NCBI GenBank assembly: GCA_951406725.2
Contig: OX597823.1
Location: forward strand, 78,430,001-78,494,000
Source: Octopus vulgaris
Taxonomy: Eukaryota
Reading direction: 5' to 3'
Length of the DNA stretch: 64,000 bases
Below the pieces are notes generated by a model. It had not been told where the DNA came from. It ran no database searches and saw only the letters and a program-made list of their open reading frames with translations. Below, in pieces: positions 38,009 to 52,309 of the stretch; position 1 is the stretch's first letter; every line of letters starts with the position of its first letter. The position numbers were made by a program, and so were the translations under genes.

Positions 38009-40062
38009 GCATTATTCTTTATTCATTTAACCTCATTCATTCCAATCACAATTTTTTGCTTCATAATATCAAAGCACAAACAGACCTCCTTTCTGCTATT
38101 GTTTGACAATTAAAATTGCTTTTCCAAGTATTTCCTCATCTGCTTTTACTCCGTTTAATCAAGAGTAGCCTATTATAAAACTACAATGCTAATAATATTC
38201 CCATAACTTCTAGTTCCCTTAACCCTAGCATAATTCTGTAACACATCACAATTTTATGATGTCAGATCTTCTTATGGCACTGCAACGGTATCATAGGTTT
38301 TTGGTAATATCATGTTTTTAACACCAAGAAATCTTCTATGCTTCATATTATCGAAATCTTTCTGTTTCTTTATTCACCCAAATCTCCAACTATGAATATA
38401 TGATACTAGTAAGTTTAGAATTATTTCAGTATATTTAACTTCTATTACATTTAAACTTAAAACAGAATCATTCTTTAATTTTAAGGCATTTGCTGACCAA
38501 CCTATTATTATCTTTAATTCATATTTGGAACTTAATACCTCTTCTTTCAAAATCTCCCCACTTTATTTAAAATGTAATTCCATAAATAACTTTTCTATAG
38601 TTAGACTTAAATTAAATATAGAATTTAAATAAATGTAGAATTTAACTAATATAGAATTTAACAGTTATATTTTCAAAACATGCCTCTCATTTTTTTTAAT
38701 AAACTTCAAATCTTCAAATGTCTGACCAATTTTTTTTCCTTTCTGCAAATTTTTATTTGTAAGTTATATGAACAATTTCACTACAAATTTTCTCAATAAG
38801 TTCTGAAAAATTCCACAGTGAATGAAACAAATTTATAATTTTGTAAACTTACTTTCAAACAGCTATCTCTCTATACTCCACTTTTTCAGTTTTGAGTTCT
38901 ATATTCAGTTTGTGACCACATTTATTCCTGTGTAAAACATCCTAACATGTATGTGTGTGAGACAGGAAGTCTTTTTGTCTTCATCTACCAAATTCCACTT
39001 ACAAAGTGTTGTTCAATACACGGCTATTGGAGAAGATACTTGGTTAAGGTCCTGTGTGATAGGATTGAACCCTAAATCACGTAGTTGCTAAGTAGGACAT
39101 TTCAGCTGTACAGTCATATCTGTGCCTATGTTTTAATCTGGAATTCACATTTTTAACAAACATTTTCTACATAATAAATTTATAAAAACTATAAGCTATA
39201 AATGCTTCTGGGACTGATACATTTCCGACATAGGACAAATTGGTTCTAATCATCCTTTACTAAAAATAACGATGTCCTGAGATAATGTTCATGAAACCGT
39301 TCAGCATTGTTTTGATTGTTATCTATAGGAAAGACCTTTTGCTTTGTTATTTTTCTTAAGATAACGTAGAAGACTGTGGTAATTATGTTCACTTAACAGG
39401 AAGTCATCAAAGATATTTTCAAAATTATCACACGGCACATGAATTAAAACATTTATATGTGTAAATATATTGGATTTTGCTATAAATATTGCTCTCTTTA
39501 TCTTTTTCTTGCTATCTCCAATAAAATGACTTCCTAGAGATATTAACTATGTTTATGTACATCAAATATTTTAAGCAATTGTATTCTACAAAGATACAAA
39601 TTCATAATCTATATCCTTGCATATTTATAAAATAGCAGCGAGGAAATGGAATCAGTATTAAATTCTCTTCAGCTTCACTAATTTAGTAATGAGCTTCCTT
39701 TATGAAAGAGTCCGATGAGGAAGTGAATTGGAAGAAATAAAATGAGCATGCTAGTCTATGACACGAGACTTAGTGTTATGTAAGTTAGAAATATGACTGC
39801 CTGACTAACTATGTTTAGATGGTTATGAATAATAATGATGAGAACAGAAAGAATAGTAGAAAAAAAAAAAGGAAAAGAAATAAAAAGCATGGAAAATATG
39901 ATGACAATCGTGAATTTAATGTTATTGCCATTCGTAATTGTTACTGCATTTTTAGTAGATTTTCATGGGGGTGCAAAATTAACAAGAATAGGAAAGAAAA
40001 GAATATTCTGCAGCAATAAGTGAAAGCTTCTTGGACTTCATAATAGGAGAAATATATATATG

Positions 40063-40154
<92 letters not shown>

Positions 40155-40413
40155 TGTGTGTGAATTCTTCTTGTTCTATAAATTATTAATAGAATTATCA
40201 CAGACATTACTGAAGTATCTTCAATAAATTATATGATAAATGAGAGGATTCCACTGAAGCTTAACACCTTTCTCATTGTCTAGTGACTATATTGAAACTC
40301 ATTGTTCATTATTTGTCTGACAAGAAAAATTTGTTCATTTTCACAGCTTGTCTGTTTTGGATTTTATGCAGGATTAATTTCTGCATTTTTTATTTATAAA
40401 TGTGTATGTGTGT

Positions 40414-40507
<94 letters not shown>

Positions 40508-41099
40508 TATTGTCAACAATAAGTAGGTGGAAAAATTGATGCTTATAATTAGGTTTCTATCTAATATCATTCGGTCTTATTTCTAAGGTTTCTCAAAATC
40601 TTTCATATTTATTTCATTTCACTCTTATCTTCATCCTACTTAAGAAGCATTTTCAAGTTTTCTGTTTGTTATTGTTGGGGGGTTTTTTTTGTTTCATTTT
40701 CTTTTTAAAAACTGGATTGAAATGAAGAGAAGAGAAGAAAGAATTTAGTCACCTTCAAAGAGCAATTAAAATACCAGTATAATTGCTCAATTATAATCCA
40801 CAGCAACACAATTTTAAAGTTACCTATATGCAATCAAACAGTCTTCACTTACAATTCTCCAACCCATGCAAATACACACATGCCCACACACAAGTGTACA
40901 TGCACAAACACATTCACTTACACACACATGTATGTATACACATACACTTATACACACTCACACACATATTTGTTTTAATGACTGCTTTTCCATGGTTGCA
41001 TTAGAAAAAATTTATTGAGTTTAATTTCCTGTGGTGGGTTACTCTTCCTGTCTCCATCCCTCATCTGCTTCCAAACAAGATAATGTTTTCTCTTAGCGA

Positions 41100-41325
41100 A
41101 GGTGATGGGCTGGCTGAATTACAACCAAACCAGTAAAAAATTGCTTAGGAGCATTTCTGCAGATTATGCATTCTGAGTTCATATGCCTCTGGGGTTGACT
41201 TTGCCTTTCATCCTATCATGGTCGATAAAATAAGTAATAAGTACCAGTTGAGCACTAGGGTCAATGTAATCGATTTAGCTCCTCACCCAAAAATACTGGC
41301 CCTTGTGCCAAAATTTGTGATCCAT
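41100..41325 (+). mobile_element. Family B SINE monomer, degenerate (similar relics at 37305-37490 and 42905-43070)
   Basis: gttgactttgcctttcatcc...taagtaccagttgagcact core. Confidence 0.7.
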
Positions 41326-41460
41326 ATTTCCCCTTATTTCTGATTTTGTTTAAGTAGAAGGTTGCAAATAAAGCAACACCCCTTGTGTTGGGGTGACATT
41401 CATTTATGATTAGCGTTCAGTGACAAGATCAAAAGAAATTGACACATACACACATGTGCA

Positions 41461-41525
<65 letters not shown>

Positions 41526-41529
41526 CCAG

Positions 41530-42600
41530 TCAGCTAGATCTGAGGAGCAAGGGCCATTGTAGTAGCTGTACAGAAGACAGGGAAAAAGTGATAACATTTT
41601 TGTAGGACAGAGGTGTTGCAAGGCCACTGGTTTATGGTAAGCAATTTCATGTCTATGTGTTGAAATGCTTTTCTTTAGATGCAGTCTTGGAAGTCTGTAT
41701 GTGTAGTATAATTACTATCTGGGGTTTAGGAAGAGTACTCTGTTAGGAGTTTTACATAAGCTTTGTGGAATGCTTATGATTGTTGAAAGCTGATATATTT
41801 TCTGGTCAAGTTTTGGGATGCAGTCTTTGCTATATTGAGGATTTGCCAGAACTTGTCAATAATGGTGAGACCAAGCATTAGCTATGATTATTAGGTTGTT
41901 GAGGCAGAGAAGGAAAAATTTGAAGAGCAAATTTTTATTTAGGAGCATTCTATCATTGATGCCATGATGGTGTAGTCTAACAGGAAGCCAATGATATGAA
42001 AGATAAAAAGGGCCCATAGGTGAGGAATTTTAATGACAGATATGGATCAAAAATTTGCTGATGCTGAGGGTAATGTGAATTTTCTTTTTTACCAAATTGC
42101 TTAAGTGTGACATGCTGCTAGAGGGGAGTAGGTTAACTGTAGATTTAGATTTAAAATCTACGAACTGGTGGTCATTAAGGGAGTAAAGAGAGATTGAAGT
42201 TTAGGTATAAGGTTGTTAATAAAAGCTATTTCTGACACCTTTGAAATGCTAGAAGAAAGTTCTTTTGGACAATAGTTGGTACAATCAGGGGAGTTAGCTA
42301 TCTTTGGAAATGGGGCACATGATAATGTATTTTCAAAGATTGGGATATATTCTTGTAGGAGAGTGTATAGTTGAAAGGTAAAGGGAGGGATCATGGCCTT
42401 GTTGCTCTGTGGCAACCAGAGATACTCTTGTTCATGATGTGTTTCAGTATGCAGTGGTAAGCTTGCTGAAGTGCAATAACATAATTTTGAATGAGATGTA
42501 CAATGTGCATAAAGTGTGAATTTTGTATTCAAAGTAACCAGCAAATGTAAAGGTGTTCTCCATGGAAGAACAGCTTATGAGAGCATCAATGTTTTGTGTC
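41530..42600 (-). pseudogene. Decayed CR1/L2-group LINE reverse transcriptase 3' region
   Basis: ORF 42158-42544 has PFPK..SPDCTNYCPKELSSSISKVSE..INN.L, resembling the NYRPISL.S.ISKV.E motif. Downstream LLYSYYNGPCSSDLA resembles CR1/L2 C-termini. Many stops. Confidence 0.72.
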
Positions 42601-43527
42601 AATGTGTTTTTGAAGTATATTACTTTTTAAAGATGGGATTCTATTTAAACTTTCATTAGTAAAATCATCGTTATTAATGGCTTATGAATTTTTAATGCAC
42701 CCAATAATTAAATTTTCCTATTACAGTGTTAAAAAATACATTTAAACTAATTTAAGAAACTTTCAATTATCTGCAACTGGATAAGCATGGAAATAGAACT
42801 ATTTTTAATGACTTTGGTTTTTGGTGCAAGAACAAAGGAAAGCGACAATATCAAAAGCAAAATGTTGAATTGTCATTCCATATTTCTGCTCTTCTAGTTA
42901 ATAAGGTAATGGATTGGTAGAATTCTAGAGAATGTCAGATAAGAAACCTACAGTATCTAGTTGCAGCCCTTATACTTACTGAGTTCAAAACCACGTCATG
43001 ATCAACTTCATCTTTTTTTCCTCAAGGGATTAATAAAATAAAGCAAAAGTCAAGTACTTTGGTCAGTTTAACAAAACAGCCGAGATGTGAATGGAAATAT
43101 TAATAAAAAAAAACATAGAGGATACTTTTTTTTTTGTTTTTTACTTTTACACCCTTTAACTCCATAATTAAATTTTTTGGTCCTTCCTATAATTATGCTA
43201 ATTATGAAATTAAAAAAAACAACAAAAAATTTACATTTTCTGTTTCTGCAATATATTTGATGATGATGATGATCTCCTACAATTATGATTTTCATATCCA
43301 CCTCTAAAAGTATTTAATTCTTAGACTTTAAAGAGATGTTTGATGAAATTTGTGAAAAACATTGAGAAAAGCCAAAGAATCGTCTGTCTTTTATAAAAAG
43401 TGTCACTGTAGATGTTTCTCTTTCTCACAGCATTAGGAGAGGTTGTTTTTTTTTTTTCCAAAGCAATAGGGTAAAGCCATTTTCCACAATTAATGGTAAT
43501 AAAATTTTGAGCAGATGTATCATATAT

Positions 43528-43869
43528 AGGCATAGGAGTGGCTGTGTGGTAAGTAACTTGCTTACCAACCACATGGTTCTGGGTTCAGTCACACTGTGTA
43601 GCACCTTGGGCAAGTGTCTTCTACTATAGCTTCGGGCTGGCCAAAGCATTGTGAGTGGATTTGGTAGATGGAAACTGAAAGAAGCCAGTCGTATATATAT
43701 ATAGACGCATTTTTTATGCAGTAAGTGCAAAATCACAGGTGATATAGAACTAAATTCATTTTTTAAATGTCTTGCTTTGAAAAACTGCATTGGGTATGAT
43801 TAGTGAAATTTTGGTAGTAATGACTTATGTCCCACTTAGTGTGAGGCATTTATGTGTAATAATGCCCTC

Positions 43870-43918
<49 letters not shown>

Positions 43919-44140
43919 CGTATGTGTGTGTGTATATGTTTGTGTGTCTGTGTTTGTCCCCACAACATCACTTGACAACTGATGCTGGTGTGTTTATATC
44001 CCCGTAACTTAGTGGTTCGGCAAAAGAGACCGATAGAATAAGTAGTGGCTTACAAAGAATAAGTCCTGGGGTCGATTTGCTCGACTAAAGGCAGCGCTCC
44101 AGCATGGCCACAGTCAAATGACTGAAACAAGTAATAGAGA
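43528..44140 (+). mobile_element. Family A SINE with an insert of about 170 bp in its microsatellite
   Basis: Young head and tail. The insert at 43702-43870 has weak inverted ends (tagacgcatt / aatgccctcta). Confidence 0.88.
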
Positions 44141-44442
44141 AATATATATATATATGAGAATTTAAAGGGTTAATGCTCTAAGTATGTACTGTTTTATGGA
44201 TCATCAATTTATTTAGGTGATATTTGTCTATTGTAAACATCTCTGGAGTATAAGAACAATATTATATTCTTATAGAACTCACTGGTTCTATGTGATTCCT
44301 TTGCCAAACATTTGCATTAGAAATAACTGTTTACTCTTTTGCATATTTTCAAATGTGTGAGAGTCTCATACAGTAAGACGGGTATTTGTTCCACTGTATT
44401 CTTAAAATTTGGTAAACTTACAATTTTAGATTCATGAAATAT

Positions 44443-44855
44443 AGGCGCAGGAGTGGCTGTGTGGTAAGTAGCTTGCTAACCAACCACATGGTTCCGGGTT
44501 CAGTCCCACTGCATGGCATCTTGGGCAGGTGTATTCTACTATAGCCCCAGGCCGACCATTGCCTTGTGAATGGATTTGGTAGACGGAAACTGAAAGAAGC
44601 CCATCGTATATATGTATATATATATATATATATGTATGTGTGTTTGTGTGTCTGTGTTTGTCCCCCTAGCATTGCTCGACAACCGATGCTGGTGTGTTTA
44701 CATCCCCGTCACTTAGCGGCAAAAGAGACCGATAGAATAAGTACTGGGCTTACGAAGAATAAGTCCCGGGGTCAATTTGCTCGACTAAAGGCAGTGCTCC
44801 AGCATGGCGGCAGTCAAATGACTGAAACAAGTAAAAGAGTAAAAGAGAGTAAAAA
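44443..44855 (+). mobile_element. Family A SINE, young full-length
   Basis: ggcgcaggagtggctgtgtggtaagtagc...actgaaacaagtaaaagagtaaaagag. Confidence 0.93.
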
Positions 44856-45096
44856 GTATATAGAATAAAAAATCTCTGAGGGAAAATATAAGAAAAATGT
44901 CAGGAAAAGTGCATATAGCCTTTAGAACATTATCAGTCAAATCACTGCACTTTAAACTGGAGTATAAGAACTTAGATTGGAAAAAAAATTAAGTACCTTA
45001 AAATTTAAAAGATGCTTTAAAAAAACTTCGGCTTATTGGATAACAGAATTATCAGACGTTCAATCGGTGTGTGTATGAGACATATGTTTCTCTCTT

Positions 45097-45184
<88 letters not shown>

Positions 45185-45373
45185 TATATATATATAAAAA
45201 ATAAAATGGAGTTCTACAAGTGTTTAAGTACATTCTGCTTCAAATATATAAACATACATATGCACACAACTCAAATCATGTACTGACTAGTTTTCACTGG
45301 GTCATGGACTTCAAATTCTTTTAAAGAGCCATAATGAACACACATATATATATACATGAATATATACATACAT

Positions 45374-45432
<59 letters not shown>

Positions 45433-45479
45433 CACACTCGCACAGGAGACTAATAGGCAATGTCATTACAGAATCAGAT

Positions 45480-45921
45480 TAAAGTAGTGAGCTGGTAGAA
45501 CTGTTAGCATGCTGGGCGAAATGCTTAGTGGCATTATGTCTGCTGTTACGTTCTGAGTTCAAATTCTGCCGAGGTCGACTTTGCCTTTCATCCTTTCAGG
45601 GTCGATAAATTAAGTATCAGTTACACACTGGGGTCGATGTAATTGACTTAATCCCTTTGTCCTTGTTTGTCCCCTCTATGCTTGTGGGTAATAAAGAAAT
45701 AAGAATTGATTACGTGCTGGTTGAAATGCTTAACACTATTTCACCCATCGCTATGTTCTGAGTTCAAATTCTGCCGAAGTCGACTCTGCCTTTCATCCTT
45801 TTGGGGTCAATAAATTAAGTACCAATTACTTACTGGGGTCGATCTAATCGACTGCCCCCACCCCCACCACCACCACCACCATCACAAAAAAATCCCAGGC
45901 CTTGTGCCTAGAGTAGAAAAG
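45480..45921 (+). mobile_element. Dimeric family B SINE with 15-bp TSD
   Basis: TSD attacagaatcagat at 45465-45479 and 45922-45936. Confidence 0.9.
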
Positions 45922-46295
45922 ATTACAGAATCAGATAGAATGTCTTCTTGCTGTATATGTTCTGTCTCACTGCTCTTTGAATCGAGATGAAGCTAAGGTG
46001 AACTTTGCCATCTCCATTTCAAGAAGTGATAATGAAGTGCCAGTCCTAAGTACAGGACTGGTGAAAGTGTTGGCACATCAAATGAGATGCATTATCAGTT
46101 CTGGATGTGTACAGTCTGAGTTCAATTTCACTTGCTTACTGGAGTCCCACGAATAGCAAGTTTAACTGGGAAGTGCTGGCATCGTGTCTGATATGAATAG
46201 GAGAGTCTTCCTATGCAAGTCCAATGAACTCGCAACAATTAATGTGAGATCATAAGTGACATATGCATTCAGAACGTGCAGAAGAATTAGTAGAA

Positions 46296-46353
<58 letters not shown>

Positions 46354-46899
46354 TTGTGTGTGTAAATCATATGAGTAAGATAAAGTTCAGATAATGAGAT
46401 AAGATATAAAGTATGAAAGATGAGGTTTGTTGTCTGATAAATCTTTACTGGGGTTTAAAACAATGAATAACTTTTGAAATATAGATTAATTGGAATCAAA
46501 CCACTGACATTGTTAGGACAATGGTTCATAAAATCTGATATGTTGTGATTTATATTTTCTTAGATAAGCTATTTCGAACATATTTGGGGTAATACTTTCT
46601 AGTTTTAAACTACAACGAAAATAGTTAAGTAGGTTACATTAGGTTGTAGTTTTGACACAATTATCTATTTCTTTACCATTCAAAGAGCACCATTAGCATT
46701 AGCATAATGACTCACCCAAAACACAACAGCACCATTGATATTTGTTGTTTAATCCCAGGTCAGCCCTAACCTGATCAAACTGATCTTTGTCCAAAGACGT
46801 TCAAGCTATGATCTTTCTGTCAATTTTTCTAATATGTAACTGGTCGACTACATTATTTACTGAGTCTTTCATGCTTTTGAGATGGTAGGCATGATTTAA

Positions 46900-47471
46900 C
46901 TCTTAAGCATTCAGATTACTGTCAAATGTATTGCTTATTTATTCACATTATCTCTATATATGTAAACGGCAAAATGTCTGTGTGCGCGTACTTTATAAAA
47001 ATCCACAATTTTTCAGTTAGAGGGCTCGCACTTTCTATGGTCATTCAAAACTATCCAAGGGTGGTCGTGCACATCTTTACATTTCCCCAGTCACCCTGCA
47101 AAGCCATTAAAAATCAATAGAATTGACTTTTTTGTGAATTTTCTATCCAAAACCCAATCAAATTGCCTGAAAGTTGATATGCCAATTTAACGCCAGTTAG
47201 CTGTATGTGATTGCTCAGAGATTTGGACAGTACTCGCGAATATGTGCACATGCACACAGCTGTATATGCATGCACTAGCACTATGGCCCAGCGTTGCCGG
47301 GTCACAGTGCTAGTTTTGAATTAATCTTGCATTATCTCATAGCTTCAAGATTTCAATGATGTAGTTGTTTATCTTTAAAATGACATTGTAGTGTGAGAGA
47401 CTAGATTTAGTTTGAACATAAAACAGGTAGAATATTTTTGGCAGGATAAGGACAGTTTAAATGCTAAAGGG
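46900..47471. mobile_element. Family F MITE interrupted by a Helitron
   Basis: ttaa|ctcttaagcattcag ... aatgctaaaggg|tgaa. The body resumes exactly after the Helitron end. Confidence 0.8.
46951..47313 (+). mobile_element. Non-autonomous Helitron
   Basis: A|TCtctatatatg ... ggcccagcgttgccgggtc hairpin ... gCTAG|T, inserted without TSD in MITE F. Confidence 0.88.
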
Positions 47472-48030
47472 TGAAGAGAGGTTTGGTTATTTCTTACAGG
47501 CTGAACTTCCATATAGATGGCTCAAAGAGTTTATTTGACTCCCTCAGACATGCAGTTAGGTTTCTTCCTATACCTATTAGAGAATATTAAAGAATTGCTG
47601 AAAAACCAGGTTTTTTTAACAGTACTGATTTACAAATATACATGTTTGTGTGTAAATAACTGGTACAGGGGTTAATCATGATTATCTAAGTGGTTCTTCC
47701 GGTGTAAGGCTCTTAAGGTTACCCTGAATGTGGCCAACTTGGTTGCATTAGCACACACCACAAGTTGTTGTCTTTTCTTTTCTTCTTTTTCATACTGTTA
47801 GTATGAGTAAACTGTTAGAATCCATGGGTTGAAAATTTTAACTTGCTTGTTTTCTTTTTGTTGTTGTCTTTTTGCTGTGTGTTTCAAATTGTATATGTAT
47901 GTGTGTGTGTATGTATGTATATTTGTATGTATGGATGAATGTATGTATGTTTGTATGTATGTATATATGCGTGCACGTATATATATGTATTTATAGATGT
48001 ATGTATATATATATATATACACGTATATAT

Positions 48031-48180
48031 AGGGAGAGTTTACAAAAAAACAAAAGACGAAGACAGGTGGTGTACAAAACAAACAGATGTATTAGTATAA
48101 CGCTCAGGAATAGAAAAAGTCTTTTACGTTTCGAGCCTACGCTCTTCTACAGAAAGGGACACAGAAAAATACAAGGAGAG
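48031..48180 (-). mobile_element. Short Penelope-like relic (family P3, copy 2) with hammerhead-like motif at 48121-48156
   Basis: Minus strand ctttctg-taGAAGA-gcgtaggctc-GAAAC-GTA-aaag, inside TA/TG microsatellite. Confidence 0.6.
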
Positions 48181-48892
48181 GTGTGTGTGTGTGTGTGTCT
48201 GTGTGTATGTATATATATTTATATATGTATATATATAATATATATATATATTTATACACACACACATATGAAGAAGTGCCATTACTGCTTTATTGTTTAA
48301 AGCTAATTATCAAAGTAAGTAATCCAACTCTACATTATGTGAACTGACTCCTCAGGGATGTATGCCTACATTCAGAGAATCGACTATTATATTTCATAAA
48401 CATATATGCCCATAACGCTCAAAATATATACACTCATGTACATAAAATTGGACATTACTTAATACAGAAGACCTACCATCAAGCAGAATTACATTACATT
48501 ATTCGCTATAAGGGAAAATGTGGTTTTAATAATGGAATACATGAAGACTATGAACTAAGTTAACTGTGACTTATATCTTTGATTTTTCTTTCCTAGTAGG
48601 AATAATATTATATTAACTATAGGGGGTTATGATTGAAGAAGTTCAGATTCATGTAGTTTCACCACACTAGGTTTATCTAGTAGAGCTTATCCATCTTAAA
48701 ACTAACACATATAATCATATTTGAGTTCAGAATAAGAAATGAAATGCTACTACTTTCATTGTCTTCCTTTGGAACATTACTGATACAAATGAAATAAAAG
48801 TAATTCTAACCAGGGATCAGAACCGAATCACAGATTTAGTTTGCTTGAAGTTTGCATCTATTTTATAGATTTTGATCCAGATAGAGGCTTCA

Positions 48893-49114
48893 CTCTTTAG
48901 CATTCAGATCTCTTTGTCAAATGTATTACTTATTCATTCATATTGTTTTGAATTAATTGTGCAGTATTCGTAGCTTCAAGATTTTAATCCTGTGTTTCTA
49001 TATATTTAGAATAATATTTTAGGGTATGTGTGAGAGGTAGGATCTAGTCTGTTTTAACATTTAAAAAAAAGTAGAATATTTGGGTTGGATATGACCGGAT
49101 TAAATGCTAAAAGG
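48893..49114. mobile_element. Family F MITE
   Basis: ctctttagcattcag ... aatgctaaaagg|ttaa. Confidence 0.78.
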
Positions 49115-49395
49115 TTAAAATGGAATAATCAAATATTGGGAAAAGACAATATATAATACAGATTGCATTTTGAAGGCTCAAAGCTACTTTCACTTTAATA
49201 GTTTAGCAAAGAGAAAATATATTAATTTACTGCTGTGGTGCAGGAATAGCTACAGGCACTCTGTGATTAAGAAAGTCATTTTGCAACCACTTGGTTTTGC
49301 ATTCATTTCCATTGTGTGGCAAATTTAGCAACTGTCTCTTACTATAGCACCAGGTTGACCAATAGCTTGTTAGTGATTTGGTAAATATCTGTCTG

Positions 49396-49446
<51 letters not shown>

Positions 49447-49448
<2 letters not shown>

Positions 49449-49650
49449 CGGGAAGCTTTATGAAAATTAACAAAAGACGAAGGCAGGTGGAATACAAACA
49501 AACAATTGTATTAGTATGGCGCTCAGGAATATAAATAAAACAAGTCTTTTACGTTTCGAGCCTACGCTCTTTAACAGAAAGATACACAGAAAAGAAACAC
49601 GGAGAGAAACAAGGAGAGAAAATAAATGCGTGCAGAAGCTATCAAACCTG
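49447..49650 (-). mobile_element. Short Penelope-like relic (family P3, copy 3) with hammerhead-like motif at 49546-49581
   Basis: Minus strand ctttctg-ttaaaga-gcgtaggctc-GAAAC-GTA-aaag, next to (TA)n. Confidence 0.6.
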
Positions 49651-49761
49651 ATTTATTCGCAACCAGTGTTGTTTGAAAACCTTGGTTTATGAACGCCTCT
49701 GATCATGAATAAGTCGTGCTTTATATATATCTATATCTATCTCTCCCTCTCTCTCTCTCTT

Positions 49762-49793
<32 letters not shown>

Positions 49794-49800
49794 CTTTCTA

Positions 49801-49845
<45 letters not shown>

Positions 49846-49902
49846 GACGGGTTCTACATTGACCTAGTTGTGGAATGGTGGTTCATCTCTAAATTAATTT
49901 TC

Positions 49903-49935
<33 letters not shown>

Positions 49936-50572
49936 ATAATATGGTTTATTCGTAATATGAGCTGTTCGAAAACTGAGGTACTACTGTATATATATATATA
50001 TATATATATATATTTAAATATATATTATGCATATTTAATTTTACATTGTCTGGGTCATAAATGTTAAGTCACCTATTTATTCAGATATTTAAAAATTCTG
50101 ATTTTCTGTCTTTCATTTAAAGATGGAATAAAATAACATGAAATGATATTCTTTGTTTTTTTTATTTGTTTTGTTTGTTTGTTTGTTTGTTTTTTTGTTT
50201 TTTTTTTTCAAAGGCATAATCAATGTTTGTGAGAGGGAAATTGCTCTGACTAAGAGTTGAAACTATTATGGCTATGGTCTGACCAATGCCTTGTGAGTGA
50301 ATTTGATAAATGGAAATTGTTAGGAAGCCCATCTTATGTGTGTATGTGTGTGTGCCTTTGTACTTGTGTTTCCCAATATCTGCTCGACAACTGTTGTTGG
50401 TTTGTTTACACCCCCATTACATAGTTACAGTTTGGCAAGAGAGGCCAATGGAATAAGTACCAGGCTTAAAAAATAAGTACTATGGTCAATTCATTTGGCT
50501 AAAAATTCAAGGCAATACCCTAGCATCGTCGCAGTCTAATGACTGAAACAGGTAAAAGATAATTAAAAAACA

Positions 50573-50945
50573 TTATTACCTCTGACTTAGCGAAGGCAGA
50601 GGTATTGTTTCCAGTCTTATTTGTTTGTTTGTTTGTTTGTCCATGGACAAAATATCTCAAGAACTGCTGGATGGATTCAGATGAAACTTTCAGGGATGTT
50701 TGGCCTCGTGGCTGGCACAAATTAATTAGATTTTGGGATCGATCTGGTACTGGACAAAGATTCTGTATTATTTTTCCAGCCTTTTTTACTTAATTTTTGA
50801 GAGCAGTTGGGTTCATTTTTAATGTTCTTGTTTGTGAGAGTAGTCGAGTTTATTTTAGATATTCTCATTTTAAAAATCCTCTCCAGCTGATCGTTGAGAG
50901 GACGTTGGTGTTACCCTGGTGGAGGTTTGCACTCTCTGAGTGCTC
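50573..50945 (+). mobile_element. Helentron-associated HINE/DINE-1-like element
   Basis: ttattacctctg...cagaggta, (gttt)n, ggtggaggtt-tgcactctctgagtgc. Confidence 0.8.
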
Positions 50946-51514
50946 TCATTCGGCTTGTTTTTCTTATCCTGCTGTGTAATAGTTTGTGTAGTAGAGGTAA
51001 ACAACACACTGAAGTATGAAAGTGAAAGTAGACTGCATGTTAAAGAGTAAAGGGTCAACTAGACCACATGCTAAAGTGCGACTTGAAACTTTTTTTATAT
51101 TCAGTTACCTCTACCTAGTAACTGCTGAAGATAATATACACACTAAAAAAACATTACCGTTACACATTACAAGCTATGTATTCTAGTTTAAGAAAATACA
51201 ATGATTTAAATCATATTGTTAAGGGATAATAATTACTTCACAAGCTACCACTTAATTATTAATTATTCAACATGTATGGGAAGTATTAATTAGACATTTG
51301 GGAGTTGCTAATAGATATTCTTCAGATAGCAGCAACAATTAATACTGGAAAATAAAGGTGCACTATTCTTCAATTCAAATGTTTACTTAGTAAATAAGAA
51401 TGTCTGGAGGCTTAAAAGAAAAAGAAAAAAAAAAGAGACAAGTAAGAATTAAGGAAATCATGACGTGATGTAAGAATTTTTAACCATCTGTGCATTCAGA
51501 TCTATTGATGATAT

Positions 51515-51519
51515 ATGTA

Positions 51520-51552
<33 letters not shown>

Positions 51553-51558
51553 TTTTAG

Positions 51559-51653
<95 letters not shown>

Positions 51654-51714
51654 GTATATATATCTACATATATATATGTATATATGTATTTATATATATG
51701 TATATATATATATG

Positions 51715-51745
<31 letters not shown>

Positions 51746-51826
51746 ATATATATACATCTACATATATATATCTATACATATATATGTATATGTGTATATA
51801 TATATATATATATACATGTATATGTA

Positions 51827-51882
<56 letters not shown>

Positions 51883-51915
51883 TATGTAGTCTATATATGT
51901 ATATATATATATGTA
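51515..51915. repeat. Long compound TA/TG microsatellite (similar tracts at 2710-2815, 4130-4204, 14360-14780, 33815-34150, 40055-40160, 40415-40505)
   Basis: Directly visible. Confidence 0.95.
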
Positions 51916-52309
51916 GTCTCTTCATTTTCCTTTTTTCCTTGATTTTTTTTTTGTTTTCCTAAATCTTCATTGTCTTTTATAAAATGTTCATGATTATCTT
52001 AACTAAATATAGACTCCTATATGCCAAATATCAGTACATGCAGTACGGTATCAAAGCGAAGGTTCACATAGTGAAAATTAATAAAATAAAATATTCGAAA
52101 ACTATTTCTGTTTGCGGCTTAGTATTGAAACTACCTTACATTTTGTTTTTTCCTGTCAAGCTCATAAAAGAATCAAATCTTTGTGCTGTAAATGAATGAG
52201 ATAGTTGTTAGTATACCTTGCTTTTGTTCCTTACAGTTGTTGACTGAAACTTGGGAGTGGTACCACTTTTATAAGATAAGGGTTACATAACATGTCCATG
52301 GGCAATGTA

